A stretch of DNA of 63,716 nucleotides from Candidatus Peregrinibacteria bacterium (GCA_016206505.1 JACQRJ010000027.1:1-63716); one strand, 5' to 3'; shown: positions 18,426 to 27,372, counted from the stretch's first letter. Made by a program: numbers and translations. The notes: generated from the letters alone by a model not told the origin.

Positions 18426-20240
18426 TTAAAATAATTTTTTCGCCCGAATTTCTGCGACCTTATTTAACATCTTTTCCTTCTTTTTCTCAAGTTCAGAGCG
18501 CTCTTTTGCCGGCAAATATCTCATCATAATATCGGAAATTTCCGCTGCGGCTTCAACATTTTTTGTATAAGCAGTGAAATGCACATTTTTCTCCGCAAAC
18601 TCAAAATACTGCTCAATCAAAGGCAAAATCATCAGAATCTCTCCACTTTCAAAATGCCGATAATATTCAAGATAATAATTCAAATTGTTCTTTGGATTCA
18701 GGCTTATCGCTTTTCTCAAATTTTCCTCACAGATCTCGTTTTGTTTAGCCTCGCAGACCAATTTGCCCTTCAAAAAATACCCCTCGCTATCAATCGGCGC
18801 TTTTGCCAAATGCCTATCTATAAGCACAATCGCCCGATTGTACGAAACGGCTTTTTCCGCCTGCTCCAGATAATAATTGCGCGGATAAAATGAACGGCTT
18901 AAAAAATCCTTATCAATACTCTCCGACATAAACAAAATACCCGCTTCATAAGCGGCAAAAACCGCTATGATTATGAAAAGCATCATGTTTGAAAAAGTCT
19001 TTTTCACTTTATAAACTTTGAAAGCGACCAAAGACCGCAAAAAAGCCATCAGCGCAAAAAGCAGCATCAGATTTACCCAGAAATTCAGATTATAATCGAT
19101 CAGATTATGTGCAAATGCGCCGGAAATCGCGACTCCCAAAATAAAAACCTCGTCCTTTTTCACTCCGCTCAAAATTTTAAACCGCTTCAAAACAATCACA
19201 AAAATGCTTATCAAAAAGCCAAAAAATGCCGCCAAAGCCACAAGTCCGTTTTCCGCCCCGATTTTCAGAAAAATATTATGTGGATGATCACTGCTGCCCA
19301 AAAGTGTCTTTTGTATGGGATTATATGCCTGTCTGAAGCTAAAAGGACCCCAGCCAAAAAGCGGTTTTTCTTTGATAAGCTGTATTGCCCCCAGCCAAAA
19401 ATCCATTCTTTCCACCTTTGAAGTGACGCTTTCCTCATTTGCAAATCTCAATTTTTCACCGACATCCAGTATTTCCTGCCTTTGCGATTTAATATTATTC
19501 ACGCCAAAAAACATGCCAACAGCTACAATCAAAACCAGAAAAGCGGCTCCCAATTTTTTTAAGCTTACCCTGCGCGCAAAATAAATCGCAAAAATCAGAA
19601 ACTGCCCCAAAAGCACGATCAAAGCGCCGCGCGAAAAAGTCAGCAAAACCGCGCTCAACACAAATCCCAAAAGCAAGGATTCGCGAAAACTCCATTTTTT
19701 GCCGTAAAGCAAAACAAAAACCGGCCACGCCATAATCAAAAAAAGTGCAAAAGCGTTTGGCCACTCGTTTGCATGATAAAAAAGATTCATAAACGGCCCA
19801 AACATCCTCGTTTCCGGCATCAGCAAATACTGCAAATATCCCCAAAAAACGGCGATAACCGTGCCAAAAGCCACGATATGCAAAACCTGTCTCAAAGTTT
19901 CGCCTTTTCGATGCGCAAACAGTAGATACATGGAAAAAGCCGTGAAAAAAGCCAAAACCTCGCTGAATCCCGTATTCCGCATCTGCGAAAATACAAAACT
20001 CATCGCCACGGCTCCCAGAAAAATCAAAACAAACAAAATTTCCCACAAACTTCGCTCTTTTTTCTGCCTAAACTCATAAATCGCCACGCAAACAAAAATC
20101 AAAGCAAATGCCAAAATCATCGGATACTCGGCTCCATAATCGTATTTTTTAAACACCGGATTCAGCAATGACAGTAAAAAAATCGCGCTCAAAAACACCG
20201 TACTGAAATTTTTGGCTGTAAAATCGAGGATTTTTTGCAT
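18426..20240 (-). CDS. O-antigen ligase (Wzy_C)-like polytopic membrane protein with a C-terminal TPR-like tail
   Basis: About 12 TM segments. TFSRGALIVLLGQ loop typical of O-antigen ligase/Wzy_C. Soluble helical C-terminus. Confidence 0.7.
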   Translation of the reverse strand: MQKILDFTAKNFSTVFLSAIFLLSLLNPVFKKYDYGAEYPMILAFALIFVCVAIYEFRQKKERSLWEILFVLIFLGAVAMSFVFSQMRNTGFSEVLAFFTAFSMYLLFAHRKGETLRQVLHIVAFGTVIAVFWGYLQYLLMPETRMFGPFMNLFYHANEWPNAFALFLIMAWPVFVLLYGKKWSFRESLLLGFVLSAVLLTFSRGALIVLLGQFLIFAIYFARRVSLKKLGAAFLVLIVAVGMFFGVNNIKSQRQEILDVGEKLRFANEESVTSKVERMDFWLGAIQLIKEKPLFGWGPFSFRQAYNPIQKTLLGSSDHPHNIFLKIGAENGLVALAAFFGFLISIFVIVLKRFKILSGVKKDEVFILGVAISGAFAHNLIDYNLNFWVNLMLLFALMAFLRSLVAFKVYKVKKTFSNMMLFIIIAVFAAYEAGILFMSESIDKDFLSRSFYPRNYYLEQAEKAVSYNRAIVLIDRHLAKAPIDSEGYFLKGKLVCEAKQNEICEENLRKAISLNPKNNLNYYLEYYRHFESGEILMILPLIEQYFEFAEKNVHFTAYTKNVEAAAEISDIMMRYLPAKERSELEKKKEKMLNKVAEIRAKKLF

Positions 20241-20278
20241 AAATCCGCTTCATTATAATTGCCCGTGCCAAAATCCCT

Positions 20279-20300
20279 AAGCTTTTCCCGGGAAAATCTT
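20279..20300. promoter_or_regulatory. 22-nt near-perfect palindrome AAGCTTTTCCCGGGAAAATCTT (candidate operator)
   Basis: One mismatch from perfect dyad symmetry. The 20-mer TTTTCCCGGGAAAATCTTTG recurs at 55753-55772. It abuts a -35-like TTGCCA. Confidence 0.45.
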
Positions 20301-20328
20301 TGCCAAAAGGCGGAAATTCTGTTAAAAT
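20300..20328 (+). promoter_or_regulatory. Sigma70-like promoter for ORF 20358
   Basis: TTGCCA-N17-TAAAAT with an extended -10 TG (TGtTAAAAT). Confidence 0.45.
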
Positions 20329-20357
20329 ATAGCAAATAGAAATAAAAATATTCCAAT

Positions 20358-21653
20358 ATGTTCAAAGAAAAATACCTTATTTTCCAACGAGGCAATCCAT
20401 CTCCAGAAGCCAGCAAGCCAGTAGACAGAACTGAAGCTGAATTGCGACAAGCAAAAGAAAATGCCGCCAGAAGTCGCCGCGAAATGATGGAAAAAGCATC
20501 ACAGGTCGCCGACAGAGTCATTGAAGACATTTTTGGCCACAACGCCGACATTGTAAAAGATAAGCTTGGTCCGAAATATGACCAGATCATTGACAATCTT
20601 GGTGATCTCAAACCGGGAGAAAAATACCTGAAATCAGTTCTTAAAGCGGATGGAATTCATATTTTTTTTGTGCTTGATGGACGTCAGGTTGATTTTGATC
20701 TCACAACTGCGCTTTTGATGACTGATGAAGAAATTAAGACGCTTTGGCCGCTTGTTACATTAAAAAGAGAAGACATTCCGGCAAGCCGCTCACCCGAAAG
20801 TAAACAGGAAACATTCGAGGCCAGAGCCGATAAATACATCATGGGGCCGATCATGGAAATGTTTCTTCATTTCATGCCCGATTCAATTCCTGATGACTTT
20901 GACATTGTCAGCGCAATATTAAAAACTTCTACGATCAAAGAAATCCGGAAAGCCCTCATTGAAAGTTATAAAAGAGGAAAACCTTACGAAATCACCACAA
21001 CCGATTATGGCTTCAAGTTGGAATCAGAGGATCCTGACCTCAAAACCAAAGAGTACGATCTCGAGCGCTTTTTCACCTATTTCAAACCAACGGATATTGC
21101 AGGGATGGAATCTGGAAAAGATAAAACAGCAGATCTCGATGCACAGTGGGCGGGCAGAACGGCGGAAGATATGAGTATCGATGATCTCGAGCTGCTACTT
21201 TTTGGTGATGAGTCAAAAGGCATTCGTCCACGAACCATCGCTGAAATTGAAAAAATTTATGGACAAATTCCGGACTCTTATGAAGAACCGAAAATGGACG
21301 CGCTAATCACCCGTGCGCAAAAACAGTATTTTCCCGCTGCTTACGGCACGAAAAAAGAGATTAAAAAATGGGAGATTAGGAATAAGAGTGACCAAAGAAC
21401 ACCTGAAGATGCGGAACACATAAGACAACTGGCGCATAAACAATTGGACGACATCGTCAGGCAATGCCCTGAAACAAGAGAATTGGACGCGCTCGTGAAC
21501 AAGTTCTTCGAAAACATGGATGACGAAGAGGCTCAAAAAAATATAAAAAGCGAATTTTTTGGAAAAGTTTTGAAACTCAGTCGCGGCACTATGAAACAGG
21601 CTGCGGCAGCGAAATTTTACGAATATTTCATCGAATTGGCGGTTGGCCCCTAA
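20358..21653 (+). CDS. Hypothetical acidic cytoplasmic protein
   Basis: 431-aa ORF with no recognisable motif and a clean promoter upstream. Confidence 0.55.
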   Translation: MFKEKYLIFQRGNPSPEASKPVDRTEAELRQAKENAARSRREMMEKASQVADRVIEDIFGHNADIVKDKLGPKYDQIIDNLGDLKPGEKYLKSVLKADGIHIFFVLDGRQVDFDLTTALLMTDEEIKTLWPLVTLKREDIPASRSPESKQETFEARADKYIMGPIMEMFLHFMPDSIPDDFDIVSAILKTSTIKEIRKALIESYKRGKPYEITTTDYGFKLESEDPDLKTKEYDLERFFTYFKPTDIAGMESGKDKTADLDAQWAGRTAEDMSIDDLELLLFGDESKGIRPRTIAEIEKIYGQIPDSYEEPKMDALITRAQKQYFPAAYGTKKEIKKWEIRNKSDQRTPEDAEHIRQLAHKQLDDIVRQCPETRELDALVNKFFENMDDEEAQKNIKSEFFGKVLKLSRGTMKQAAAAKFYEYFIELAVGP

Positions 21654-21708
21654 TAGTCGCTGATTGAAATCTGGCCTTTTCCCAAAATGAGCCCTATCAT
21701 GTTTTCAC

Positions 21709-23046
21709 ATGAATAAGGCTATTTTAATCGACGTCATCGATCCAAAAACTTCCAAAGAAGAAGCGCAAAAACGCCTGGAAGAAATCGAAAGTCTGGTAAA
21801 AACATACGGTGGCATCGTGATCGAAAAAGTGATTCAGAAAAGATCTTTACCCGATTATGAAACCTATATCGGCAAAGGCAAAGTGACCGAACTCAAAGAG
21901 CACGCCGAGGCAATGGGTGCCAATTTGATTATCGTCAATAATATCCTGAAACCGCGCCAGATTTTCACGCTTCAGGAAAAATTTGATGAAAAATCGGAAA
22001 AAATTGTCGTCTGGGACCGCGTCGATCTGATTTTGAAAATATTTTCCAAACACGCCACTTCAACCGAAGCCAAATTGCAGATCGAACTGGCCTCCATCCG
22101 TCACATGGGCCCGCGCATTTTTGGCCTGGGAAAAGATTTGATGCAGCAAACCGGAGGCATCGGGCAACGCTCCGGCCAGGGTGAAACCAATATTGAGCTG
22201 ATGAAGCGCCATTTGAAAAAGCAGGAAATCGCCATCCAAAAAAAACTCGATCATTATGACACAATCGGCGAAGGCCATCGCAAAAGCCGACAACGTAAAA
22301 ATCTCAAAACCGTGGCGCTCGTGGGTTATACCAATGCCGGCAAATCGGCGCTACTGAACGCGCTGACAAACAAAGGCGCTTATGTCGCTAACAAGCTCTT
22401 TGCCACGCTGCAAACCCGCATCGGAACGCTCTATATTTCGCCGGAAAATCATCACGAAAACGGCAAATACGTCCACGGCAAAGAAGTTTTGATTTCCGAT
22501 ACCATCGGCTTTATCCGCGATCTACCGCCATCTTTGATTCAGGCTTTTACTTCGACTTTGAAGGAAACCATCGAAGCCAATCTGATTTTGCATGTCATTG
22601 ACATTACCGACAGAGACATCGACAAAAAAATCAAAGTTGTCGAGGAAATCCTCGACCAGCTCGGACTTCACGATAAGCCGAAAATCTATGTTTTCAATAA
22701 AATCGATCTGATCGATCATCAAGCGAAAATTCCCAAAAAACACTGGCACGCGCATGGACATGCTGCTGCGCAAAAGACGGCTGAGGAACATCATTACGAA
22801 AGCCTGACCTTTAATCCCGATCAGCCGATCCCGGGAATGCTCAAAGCCGGCCGCTATACTTCCCACCTCCTCGGCTGGCGCACCAAAGAGCAGCAAGCCA
22901 AAAAACTCGCTCTCTACAAAGGAACTTCCCACGTCAAACCTGCCCGCCTCCTCAAAAAATACGGGGAATTTAACCCCATCTTCATCGCCGCCGAGGAAAA
23001 GCTGAATTTGCAAAAACTCATAGAGGAAATCAGAAAAATTGCCTGA
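21709..23046 (+). CDS. hflX: GTPase HflX
   Basis: HflX N-domain, G1 VALVGYTNAGKSALLNALT, G3 DTIGF, G4 NKID. His-rich insertion near the C-terminus. Confidence 0.9.
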   Translation: MNKAILIDVIDPKTSKEEAQKRLEEIESLVKTYGGIVIEKVIQKRSLPDYETYIGKGKVTELKEHAEAMGANLIIVNNILKPRQIFTLQEKFDEKSEKIVVWDRVDLILKIFSKHATSTEAKLQIELASIRHMGPRIFGLGKDLMQQTGGIGQRSGQGETNIELMKRHLKKQEIAIQKKLDHYDTIGEGHRKSRQRKNLKTVALVGYTNAGKSALLNALTNKGAYVANKLFATLQTRIGTLYISPENHHENGKYVHGKEVLISDTIGFIRDLPPSLIQAFTSTLKETIEANLILHVIDITDRDIDKKIKVVEEILDQLGLHDKPKIYVFNKIDLIDHQAKIPKKHWHAHGHAAAQKTAEEHHYESLTFNPDQPIPGMLKAGRYTSHLLGWRTKEQQAKKLALYKGTSHVKPARLLKKYGEFNPIFIAAEEKLNLQKLIEEIRKIA

Positions 23047-23106
23047 CAAGCCCTTCATAAAACGGCTGTTTTCTGCTATAATTAAAACAAATAAAAACAA
23101 AAATTT

Positions 23107-23319
23107 ATGGACAACATTGAACCAAACGCCCAAACAAACACCCAAACAAACACCCAAACAAACACCGAGCCAAGCACACCGGCTCCATCCCCAACTCCAG
23201 AGCCTCCACATTCCAAATACACCAAAGGCTACGCTTTCAAATGGCTTGTTTTCGGCATCGTTCTCGCCGGCGGACTTTATGTGCTTTTGACATATTTTGT
23301 TCCCAGCTGGCAGGGATAA
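23107..23319 (+). CDS. Small membrane protein with a TNTQ tandem repeat
   Basis: 70 aa. (QTNT)x3, then a Pro-rich segment, then the TM WLVFGIVLAGGLYVLLTYFV. Confidence 0.45.
   Translation: MDNIEPNAQTNTQTNTQTNTEPSTPAPSPTPEPPHSKYTKGYAFKWLVFGIVLAGGLYVLLTYFVPSWQG
23129..23164. repeat. Perfect 12-nt tandem repeat CCCAAACAAACA x3
   Basis: Read directly from the sequence; in frame within ORF 23107-23319. Confidence 0.9.
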
Positions 23320-23335
23320 GGAGTAAAATCCAAAT

Positions 23336-24310
23336 ATGAAAAACAAAAACTCCTTCGGAAAAATCTATTTTTTTGAAACCGAAAAAAGCGAAGAGCGGAT
23401 TGTCAAAAATGCCTTCCCCAAAGCCGAAATCGTCAAAGAACCCTTCACCGTCAAAAACGCTTCGAAATTCAAAGATGCGGAAATTTTTTGCGTCATGATC
23501 GATTCCGTACTCGATGCTGCCAATTTGAAAAAATGTCCAAATCTGAAACTGATCGCCACCCGCACTGTAGGCTATAACCATATCGACCTCAAGTACGCCT
23601 CAAAAAAGGGAATCAAAGTTTGCAATGTTCCGGACTACGGTTCCCACGTAATTGCCGAACATGTTTTTGCACTTCTACTTGCCTCAATTCGCAATGTTCT
23701 TGAAGGCGAAAATCGCACGGCTCATCAAAAATTTTCCTGGAAAGGTTTGAAGGGGATTGCACTGCAGGGTAAAACTCTGGGCGTTATCGGGACAGGCAAA
23801 ATCGGCCTGAATGTTTGTCGCATTGGTTCACTGGGATTTTTGATGAATGTAATTGCTTTCGATGTGCATAGAGATGAGGAAAAAGCCCTCGAAAATCATT
23901 TCAAATATGTCGATTCGCTCGACGAAATTTGGAAAAACTCCAACGTTATAAGTCTGCACGTGCCGCTTTTCCCTGAAACAAAACATCTGATCAATGAGAA
24001 AACAATTAAGAAAATGAAAGATGGCGTTGTTTTGATCAATACTGCCCGCGGCGGACTGATTGATACAAAAGCTCTGATTAAAGCCGTCAAAGCCGGAAAA
24101 TTTTCCGATGTTGCACTCGATGTCCTTGAACACGAAACCAACATCAAAGAGGACAAAGAACTTCTCCAACTTCCCGGGGTCATCATTACGCCTCACATCG
24201 CTTTTTACGCCGATGATTCGATAATCTGCATGTACAAAGAAGCCATCAGATCAATCAACAGCTATTTAAAAAAGGAAACAGTGCTTCTGCATGAGGTGAA
24301 AGGGTGCTGA
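23336..24310 (+). CDS. D-isomer-specific 2-hydroxyacid dehydrogenase (D-lactate dehydrogenase-like)
   Basis: NAD motif GVIGTGKIGLNV. Catalytic-region motifs NTARGGLID, DVLEHE, ITPHIAF. Confidence 0.85.
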   Translation: MKNKNSFGKIYFFETEKSEERIVKNAFPKAEIVKEPFTVKNASKFKDAEIFCVMIDSVLDAANLKKCPNLKLIATRTVGYNHIDLKYASKKGIKVCNVPDYGSHVIAEHVFALLLASIRNVLEGENRTAHQKFSWKGLKGIALQGKTLGVIGTGKIGLNVCRIGSLGFLMNVIAFDVHRDEEKALENHFKYVDSLDEIWKNSNVISLHVPLFPETKHLINEKTIKKMKDGVVLINTARGGLIDTKALIKAVKAGKFSDVALDVLEHETNIKEDKELLQLPGVIITPHIAFYADDSIICMYKEAIRSINSYLKKETVLLHEVKGC

Positions 24311-24329
24311 AAAACAAAACTTCCCCAAA

Positions 24330-25211
24330 TTACCTGAGTCTGCGTCGATATTCCCTTACCTGACCGTTTCTATAATAAACCGTCAATTTTTCCCATTGCT
24401 TATTGACTCTCCTGGAAGAAATTAAATTAACACCTTCGGGAAGTGTTCCGCCTCCACCGGGGCCGTATTCAACTTTTTCATACAATCCGGGAGGCGCATC
24501 CGGCAAATCTCTTAATGCTGGCGGAATAGCAGCTAGAGGTTTGGGCATGGCAGTTGGTGCATTAGCCGGCCTTCTTGAGCCGCGTCTTGTAGTTTTCATA
24601 TTTAAAATGAAACTAACTTTTGCTCCGCTTACCGGGGGATTTTTTAAGTTTTGCATTTTTTGACGCGCTCTCGTATAAGCCAGTACAGCCTGCAAAGCGC
24701 CTGTTTTTCCGAAAACATCACCATATTGACTCAATAATTCTTTGGCCGCACGGTCATATTCACGCGCACTGACATATTTTTTTCCCTTAAATTTTACATG
24801 CAAAAGATAGGGGAGTTTTGAAAATGTTTCCAACACCGGAAAAAGCTGCTTCAAATCAGTGCCAGGGAAATTCAAAATGACAGTTTTCCCTTGACGCAGC
24901 ACAAATAACAATGATGAAGCTCTTAATGAATAAATCGCATACCACCTTCTACTTCTGATAATTTTCGCATTAAACGGTACATCAGTCACCACGCCTTCAA
25001 ATAAATTTTTAGCAGTTGCTAAAGCCGCATTAACTCTCACAACATCACCGCCTCTGACAGGCTTTTTCCCGTGCTGTGGCCCCTCATGCCAGCCGCCCTC
25101 CTGAAGCCTTCTCCGTCTTAGCTGCTCCCATGCAGTTAATCCGCCCTCGTTTGAGGCTTCGCTTTTTTCATGCTCGGATTCGTGACTAGCTGTCCCACCT
25201 TCAAACGGCAT
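24330..25211 (-). CDS. Hypothetical basic, Arg/Pro/Gly-rich protein
   Basis: 293-aa ORF with no family motif and composition atypical for the window. Confidence 0.45.
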   Translation of the reverse strand: MPFEGGTASHESEHEKSEASNEGGLTAWEQLRRRRLQEGGWHEGPQHGKKPVRGGDVVRVNAALATAKNLFEGVVTDVPFNAKIIRSRRWYAIYSLRASSLLFVLRQGKTVILNFPGTDLKQLFPVLETFSKLPYLLHVKFKGKKYVSAREYDRAAKELLSQYGDVFGKTGALQAVLAYTRARQKMQNLKNPPVSGAKVSFILNMKTTRRGSRRPANAPTAMPKPLAAIPPALRDLPDAPPGLYEKVEYGPGGGGTLPEGVNLISSRRVNKQWEKLTVYYRNGQVREYRRRLR

Positions 25212-25268
25212 AATAGAGATATAAATTATCAGATTATTATACCAGAAATGCCGCTTCAGAAAAAGCGG

Positions 25269-25994
25269 TTAAACCGGGAAAACAGCCAGTTTTATTCCCA
25301 CCAAAAATAAAAAGACCGCAATTACTATGCGAAACTTGTCCTGAGGAATTTTATGGATAATTTTGCCCGCAACCTTGGCGGCAACAAGCGAAACCGGAAT
25401 AAATATCAAAAGTCCCCACCAGATTCGCTCACTCATGGCAATCCCGCCAATCCAGACGTATGTAATAATTCGCGTGGAATCAACAAGTAAGCCTATTGCT
25501 GCAGCTGTTGATACATACACCGCCTTCGGCAGATCAAAAACCAGAAGAAATGCACTACGTATTGCGCCACCAATCCCAAAAAGACCGGCAAAAAATCCTG
25601 AAAGTGTGCCGCCAACAAGCGCGGTTTTAGTACCGGCTTTGATTTTCATTTTGGTTTTCACAACGAGCGAAATAGCATATACAGCCAAGAAACCGCCAAG
25701 TATCCGCAACAAAAAAGTTCCATCGACTTTCAGGGATGAAAATGCGCCAAGATAACTCGCAATAAGTCCCGAAATGCCGAAAAGCGCAAATAGTTTGAGA
25801 TTCAGGCCGGATTTGAAAAGCAGTATTCTCCACAGATTGCTGAAAAAATGAATTATTGACACCAGAAAAATCGCCTCCACCGGCGGCATAAACATCACCA
25901 AAACCGGAATCATGATCGTCGATGTCCCAAATCCGGTAACAGTACCGACAGCCGCTGCGAAAAGGGTCAAGAGCGAAATGTAAAAAATATCCAT
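25269..25994 (-). CDS. TauE/SafE family sulfite/anion exporter
   Basis: 241 aa, ~8 TM, internally duplicated. Gly-rich helices (GTVTGFGTSTIMIP; GGTLSGFFAGLFGIGGA). Confidence 0.8.
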   Translation of the reverse strand: MDIFYISLLTLFAAAVGTVTGFGTSTIMIPVLVMFMPPVEAIFLVSIIHFFSNLWRILLFKSGLNLKLFALFGISGLIASYLGAFSSLKVDGTFLLRILGGFLAVYAISLVVKTKMKIKAGTKTALVGGTLSGFFAGLFGIGGAIRSAFLLVFDLPKAVYVSTAAAIGLLVDSTRIITYVWIGGIAMSERIWWGLLIFIPVSLVAAKVAGKIIHKIPQDKFRIVIAVFLFLVGIKLAVFPV

Positions 25995-26003
25995 GCGTGT
26001 ATT

Positions 26004-26882
26004 TTAAAAGCTTTCCGCAATTTTCCAAACACCTTTTTCACGGAAAGCCGGAATATTTTGGCGACGGGCGGCATTGGTCACTGCTGGAGCAGACTTGCCA
26101 TTTTTTTTAATGTATTCCGAAAGTGTAATTATTTTTTCACCTTTCAGATAAGCAATACGTTTATGAAAAGATTCAATAAGCGCAAGATAAAGAGCTTTCT
26201 CCATTGTTTTTGTATTTTCACTGTCATTATAATCACGAAAGGCTTTGTAATATTCCTGTTTTTCCCTGTCTCTTATTATCACCATTGGAAATCCCAGACT
26301 CTGAAGCTGAAAACAAATCAGTACGCGCCCGATTCTTCCGTTTCCATCGCAAAATGGATGAATTGTTTCAAAATCCAGATGGAATTTGGCAATTTTCTCC
26401 AGAAAATAAGATGAAACGTCGCTTGTATATTTTGAAATAGCCTCTTCAATCATTAATTCAACATGTTCCGGAGCGGGAGCTATATGAGTTCCAACACGGA
26501 CATATTCACCTTTGCCTCTGAATCGACCGGCAATTTTATCATCGATCACATTGATGAGCATTTGATGCAGAAGTAAAACAAGCTCTTTATCGAGTTCGTT
26601 TGCCTTGGATTTATTGCGGATATAATCAATAACCCGTGCAAGATTTTTTGCCTCGTAGACTTCGCGTAGGGAAAGATCCCTGGCGACCTCCATATCCAAA
26701 AGAATTTTTTCCGTCTCTTTAAGAGTAAGAGTCGAGTTTTCAATGGCGTTTGAATTGTAAACATTTTCCGGCACTTCCGCCTCGTCGATAATAGCCAAAA
26801 GTGAATCCTTGTCCTTGCTCAAGGCATCAAATTCAGTCTTTAACTGCTGTATTTTCTCCCTGATTTGCTTTGGTATTGGCAT
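26004..26882 (-). CDS. Fic family protein (class II, N-terminal inhibitory motif)
   Basis: Fic motif HPFCDGNGRIGR. Upstream inhibitory-helix motif SNAIEN ([S/T]xxxE[G/N]). Confidence 0.9.
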   Translation of the reverse strand: MPIPKQIREKIQQLKTEFDALSKDKDSLLAIIDEAEVPENVYNSNAIENSTLTLKETEKILLDMEVARDLSLREVYEAKNLARVIDYIRNKSKANELDKELVLLLHQMLINVIDDKIAGRFRGKGEYVRVGTHIAPAPEHVELMIEEAISKYTSDVSSYFLEKIAKFHLDFETIHPFCDGNGRIGRVLICFQLQSLGFPMVIIRDREKQEYYKAFRDYNDSENTKTMEKALYLALIESFHKRIAYLKGEKIITLSEYIKKNGKSAPAVTNAARRQNIPAFREKGVWKIAESF

Positions 26883-26980
26883 AAACTTAGTGAATTGATG
26901 CTTGGATTATATCAAATTCACGGAAAATAGTCAAATCTTAGTGAATCGAGGGTGCAAAATGGGCATCATTCACGTATTTT

Positions 26981-27320
26981 TGGTGGGCCTGCCTGGACTT
27001 GAACCAGGGACCAATCGGTTATGCATCTCACAACCGGTTTCCCGGCCTCTTTCGAGTTTGTAAGCGGGACTATCCCTTGAGTCCCATTGACTGGAACTCT
27101 CTGCCGTCTAGTCTCTACACCTTCCCGCTCATTGAGGGGGCTTGGCTCGGGATTGCCATAATCACATTGTGATTTTAGGTTTCCCCGAATTTGACAGATT
27201 CTACCCCGCATACGCGGGGCAGCCCGTTGATATTGACGCATATCGTGCTAGAAACAATCCACAGCACGAGTTAGCGTCGTATCTTTAAGCCGACTGCTCT
27301 AACCACTGAGCTACAGGCCC
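26981..27320 (-). tRNA. tRNA(CAU), most similar to tRNA-Ile2/elongator Met type, interrupted in the anticodon loop
   Basis: Exon 1 is GGGCCTGTAGCTCAGTGGTTAGAGCAGTCGGCT. Exon 2 is CATAACCGATTGGTCCCTGGTTCAAGTCCAGGCAGGCCCACCA. Joined, they give a canonical 76-nt cloverleaf with the loop CU-CAU-AA. It resembles my recollection of E. coli ileX. Confidence 0.85.
27024..27287 (-). ncRNA. Group I intron (IC3-like, no ORF) in the tRNA anticodon loop
   Basis: Minus-strand core elements GUCAAAUUCGGGGAAACCUAA, GGCAAUCCCGAGCCAAGCC and GGAAGGUGUAGAGACUAGACGGCA match the conserved P4-P6 and P7/P3/P8 cores of the Azoarcus and Anabaena tRNA introns. It ends GAGAUG (omega-G). The IGS-like GGGCUG can pair with exon CGGCU(U). 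Confidence 0.8.
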
Positions 27321-27372
27321 ATTTTTCAAAGAACTGCACCGTCACATAGCGTGACTGCAACGGATTCTAATA

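Noticed and set aside
22522-23346. 274-aa minus-strand ORF
   Set aside because: It is antisense to the strongly supported hflX 3' end and to the small repeat ORF. It contains low-complexity (CLGV)n derived from the 12-nt repeat and has no motif.
23336-24310. VanH-like role of the D-2-hydroxyacid dehydrogenase together with the double Ddl (D-Ala-D-Lac pathway)
   Set aside because: The genes are 18 kb apart with unrelated genes between them, and there is no VanX/VanY or VanRS. The link is speculation only.
26966-27241. 91-aa minus-strand ORF in the ORF track
   Set aside because: It lies entirely inside the group I intron and the tRNA 3' exon. Its sequence is explained by conserved ribozyme core elements, so it is not treated as a homing-endonuclease or protein gene.
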